From positions 2,311,774-2,343,773 of the forward strand of contig NZ_CP137134.1 in the NCBI RefSeq assembly GCF_033095785.1: 32,000 nt of DNA, in the 5' to 3' direction. The notes under the pieces were generated by a model. The model did not search any database and had not been told where the DNA came from. It was given only the letters and a program-made list of their open reading frames with translations. This document shows positions 31,293-32,000 of this stretch, in pieces. A program made the translations under genes and the position numbers. The stretch comes from Nitrosospira sp. Is2 (lineage in GTDB: Bacteria; Pseudomonadota; Gammaproteobacteria; Burkholderiales; Nitrosomonadaceae). Position 1 is the stretch's first letter; each line of letters starts with the position of its first letter.

Positions 31293-31319
31293 GTTTTCCA
31301 CTATTTCTGGAAAACTCAG
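31289..31319 (+). terminator. Perfect 12-bp hairpin overlapping the orf358 stop codon (possible terminator or operator)
   Basis: ctgagttttcca (31289-31300) pairs with tggaaaactcag (31308-31319) around a 7-nt loop. No contiguous U-tract follows, so terminator function is uncertain. Confidence 0.4.
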
Positions 31320-31437
31320 GGCTCAAAAATCTTTCGAGTTTCTTTGGGTTAAAAAACTACTTTTTGTATTGTGACCATGCAAATCCCGGAAAGGCCGGGA
31401 AGCACCTAAATAAAGCACCGAAATAGGAGCTTTAAGC

Positions 31438-31647
31438 ATGGCACAGCAGTACAGAACCGCGCTCGCAATTCTCCGGCGCAAACAAGTCGAGGCTCGGACG
31501 GGGCTCTCGCGTTCATCCATTTATTTTAAGGTTTCTGCAGGTACCTTCCCCCAGCCTGTTCGGCTGGGCATACGGACTGTCGGCTGGATCGAAAGCGAAA
31601 TAGAGGCTTGGCTTCTCGCCCAAATCGAAAAAAGCCGCAAGGTTTAG
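31438..31647 (+). CDS. alpA: AlpA-family transcriptional regulator / excisionase-like protein
   Basis: 69 aa. LRRKQVEARTGLSRSSIYFKVSAGTFPQPVRLGIRTVGWIESEIEAWL matches the Phage_AlpA helix-turn-helix pattern. Confidence 0.9.
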   Translation: MAQQYRTALAILRRKQVEARTGLSRSSIYFKVSAGTFPQPVRLGIRTVGWIESEIEAWLLAQIEKSRKV

Positions 31648-31657
31648 AGGGGCGACC

Positions 31658-32000
31658 ATGACCAAGAAAACGATGGACGCAACCAACGGGCTTGAATCAA
31701 CCTCCGCAGCTCTCGCCAGCAATATCTCGTCGCAGGATCCAGTAACTAAGGCTCAATCACGTGCGGTCTCTGGGGGGTCAAGCTCTACAGCATCCTGCGT
31801 CACTGATCCGTTACTTGAGAAGGGTGAGACGATATTTAACCCTATCAGCCAATTCAGGGATGCAATTCAGGCTGCGGGGCTAATCCCTCCAGATGTAATC
31901 GAAGCAGACGGAAAACTGCATCGCTTCTCCACTAATGGCAGGCCTGACGATGACGCCGGATGGTACGTGTATCACGGTAATGTCGTTCCCGCCTGCGGCG
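31658..32000 (+). CDS. Primase-like island replication protein, N-terminal fragment (continues past the window end)
   Basis: The ORF is absent from the track because it has no stop inside the window. It has an ATG at 31658 with an AGAGGGG RBS upstream, and I read the frame open to nt 32000. It contains FRDAIQAAGLIPPDVIEADGKLHRFSTNGRPDDDAGWYVYHGNVVPACG, a pattern seen at the N-terminus of island/plasmid toprim primases. Confidence 0.6.
   Translation, partial: MTKKTMDATNGLESTSAALASNISSQDPVTKAQSRAVSGGSSSTASCVTDPLLEKGETIFNPISQFRDAIQAAGLIPPDVIEADGKLHRFSTNGRPDDDAGWYVYHGNVVPACG

Larger units (their letters stand above)
28633..32000. mobile_element. Left part of an integrative island (P4-type int, orf358, alpA, primase-like gene); right end lies outside the window
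   Basis: The gene content is diagnostic. Base composition also drops: hand counts of single 60-nt lines give 43% GC (30301-30360) and 38% (30721-30780), against 57% (22801-22860, trpS) and 73% (15181-15240, amoB). Confidence 0.75.

Overview
The window looks like a chromosomal segment from a betaproteobacterial ammonia oxidiser, judged Nitrosospira-like from gene content and order. I could not run any search, so all calls rest on reading the translated ORFs.

Gene layout, left to right:
- 1-6179 (+): a Yej/Opp-type peptide ABC importer. It comprises a 5'-truncated substrate-binding protein, two permeases and a fused double ATPase.
- 6192-7790 (+): prfC.
- 7884-12583 (-): fructosamine-kinase family gene, argH and priA.
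- 12584-13262: a 679-bp non-coding region.
- 13263-20512 (+): the ammonia monooxygenase cluster amoC-amoA-amoB, followed by orf4/amoE, orf5/amoD, copC and a long copD fusion gene.
- 20628-25632 (-): a tightly packed housekeeping block of scpB, scpA, trpS, an M50 peptidase, yciO and yciV.
- 25804-28632: cysG (+), a TauE/SafE permease (-) and an EVE-domain gene (-).
- 28633-32000: the left part of a lower-GC integrative island. It carries a P4-type integrase, an unrecognisable 358-aa ORF, an AlpA regulator and a primase-like ORF that runs off the window.

I found no rRNA, tRNA, CRISPR array or IS element.

Most worth a second look:
- The orphan 358-aa island gene sitting in the integrase-alpA cargo position.
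- The repeat-structured amoC leader, with phased GGTATT copies and a polypurine tract bearing GAGGAA every 28 nt.
- The nested GC hairpins between amoC and amoA.
- The predicted mature N-terminal histidine shared by AmoB, AmoE, AmoD and CopC.
- The three-part CopD / cytochrome c / Cys-less thioredoxin-like fusion.

The many long antisense ORFs in the track are by-products of GC-rich codon usage and were rejected.
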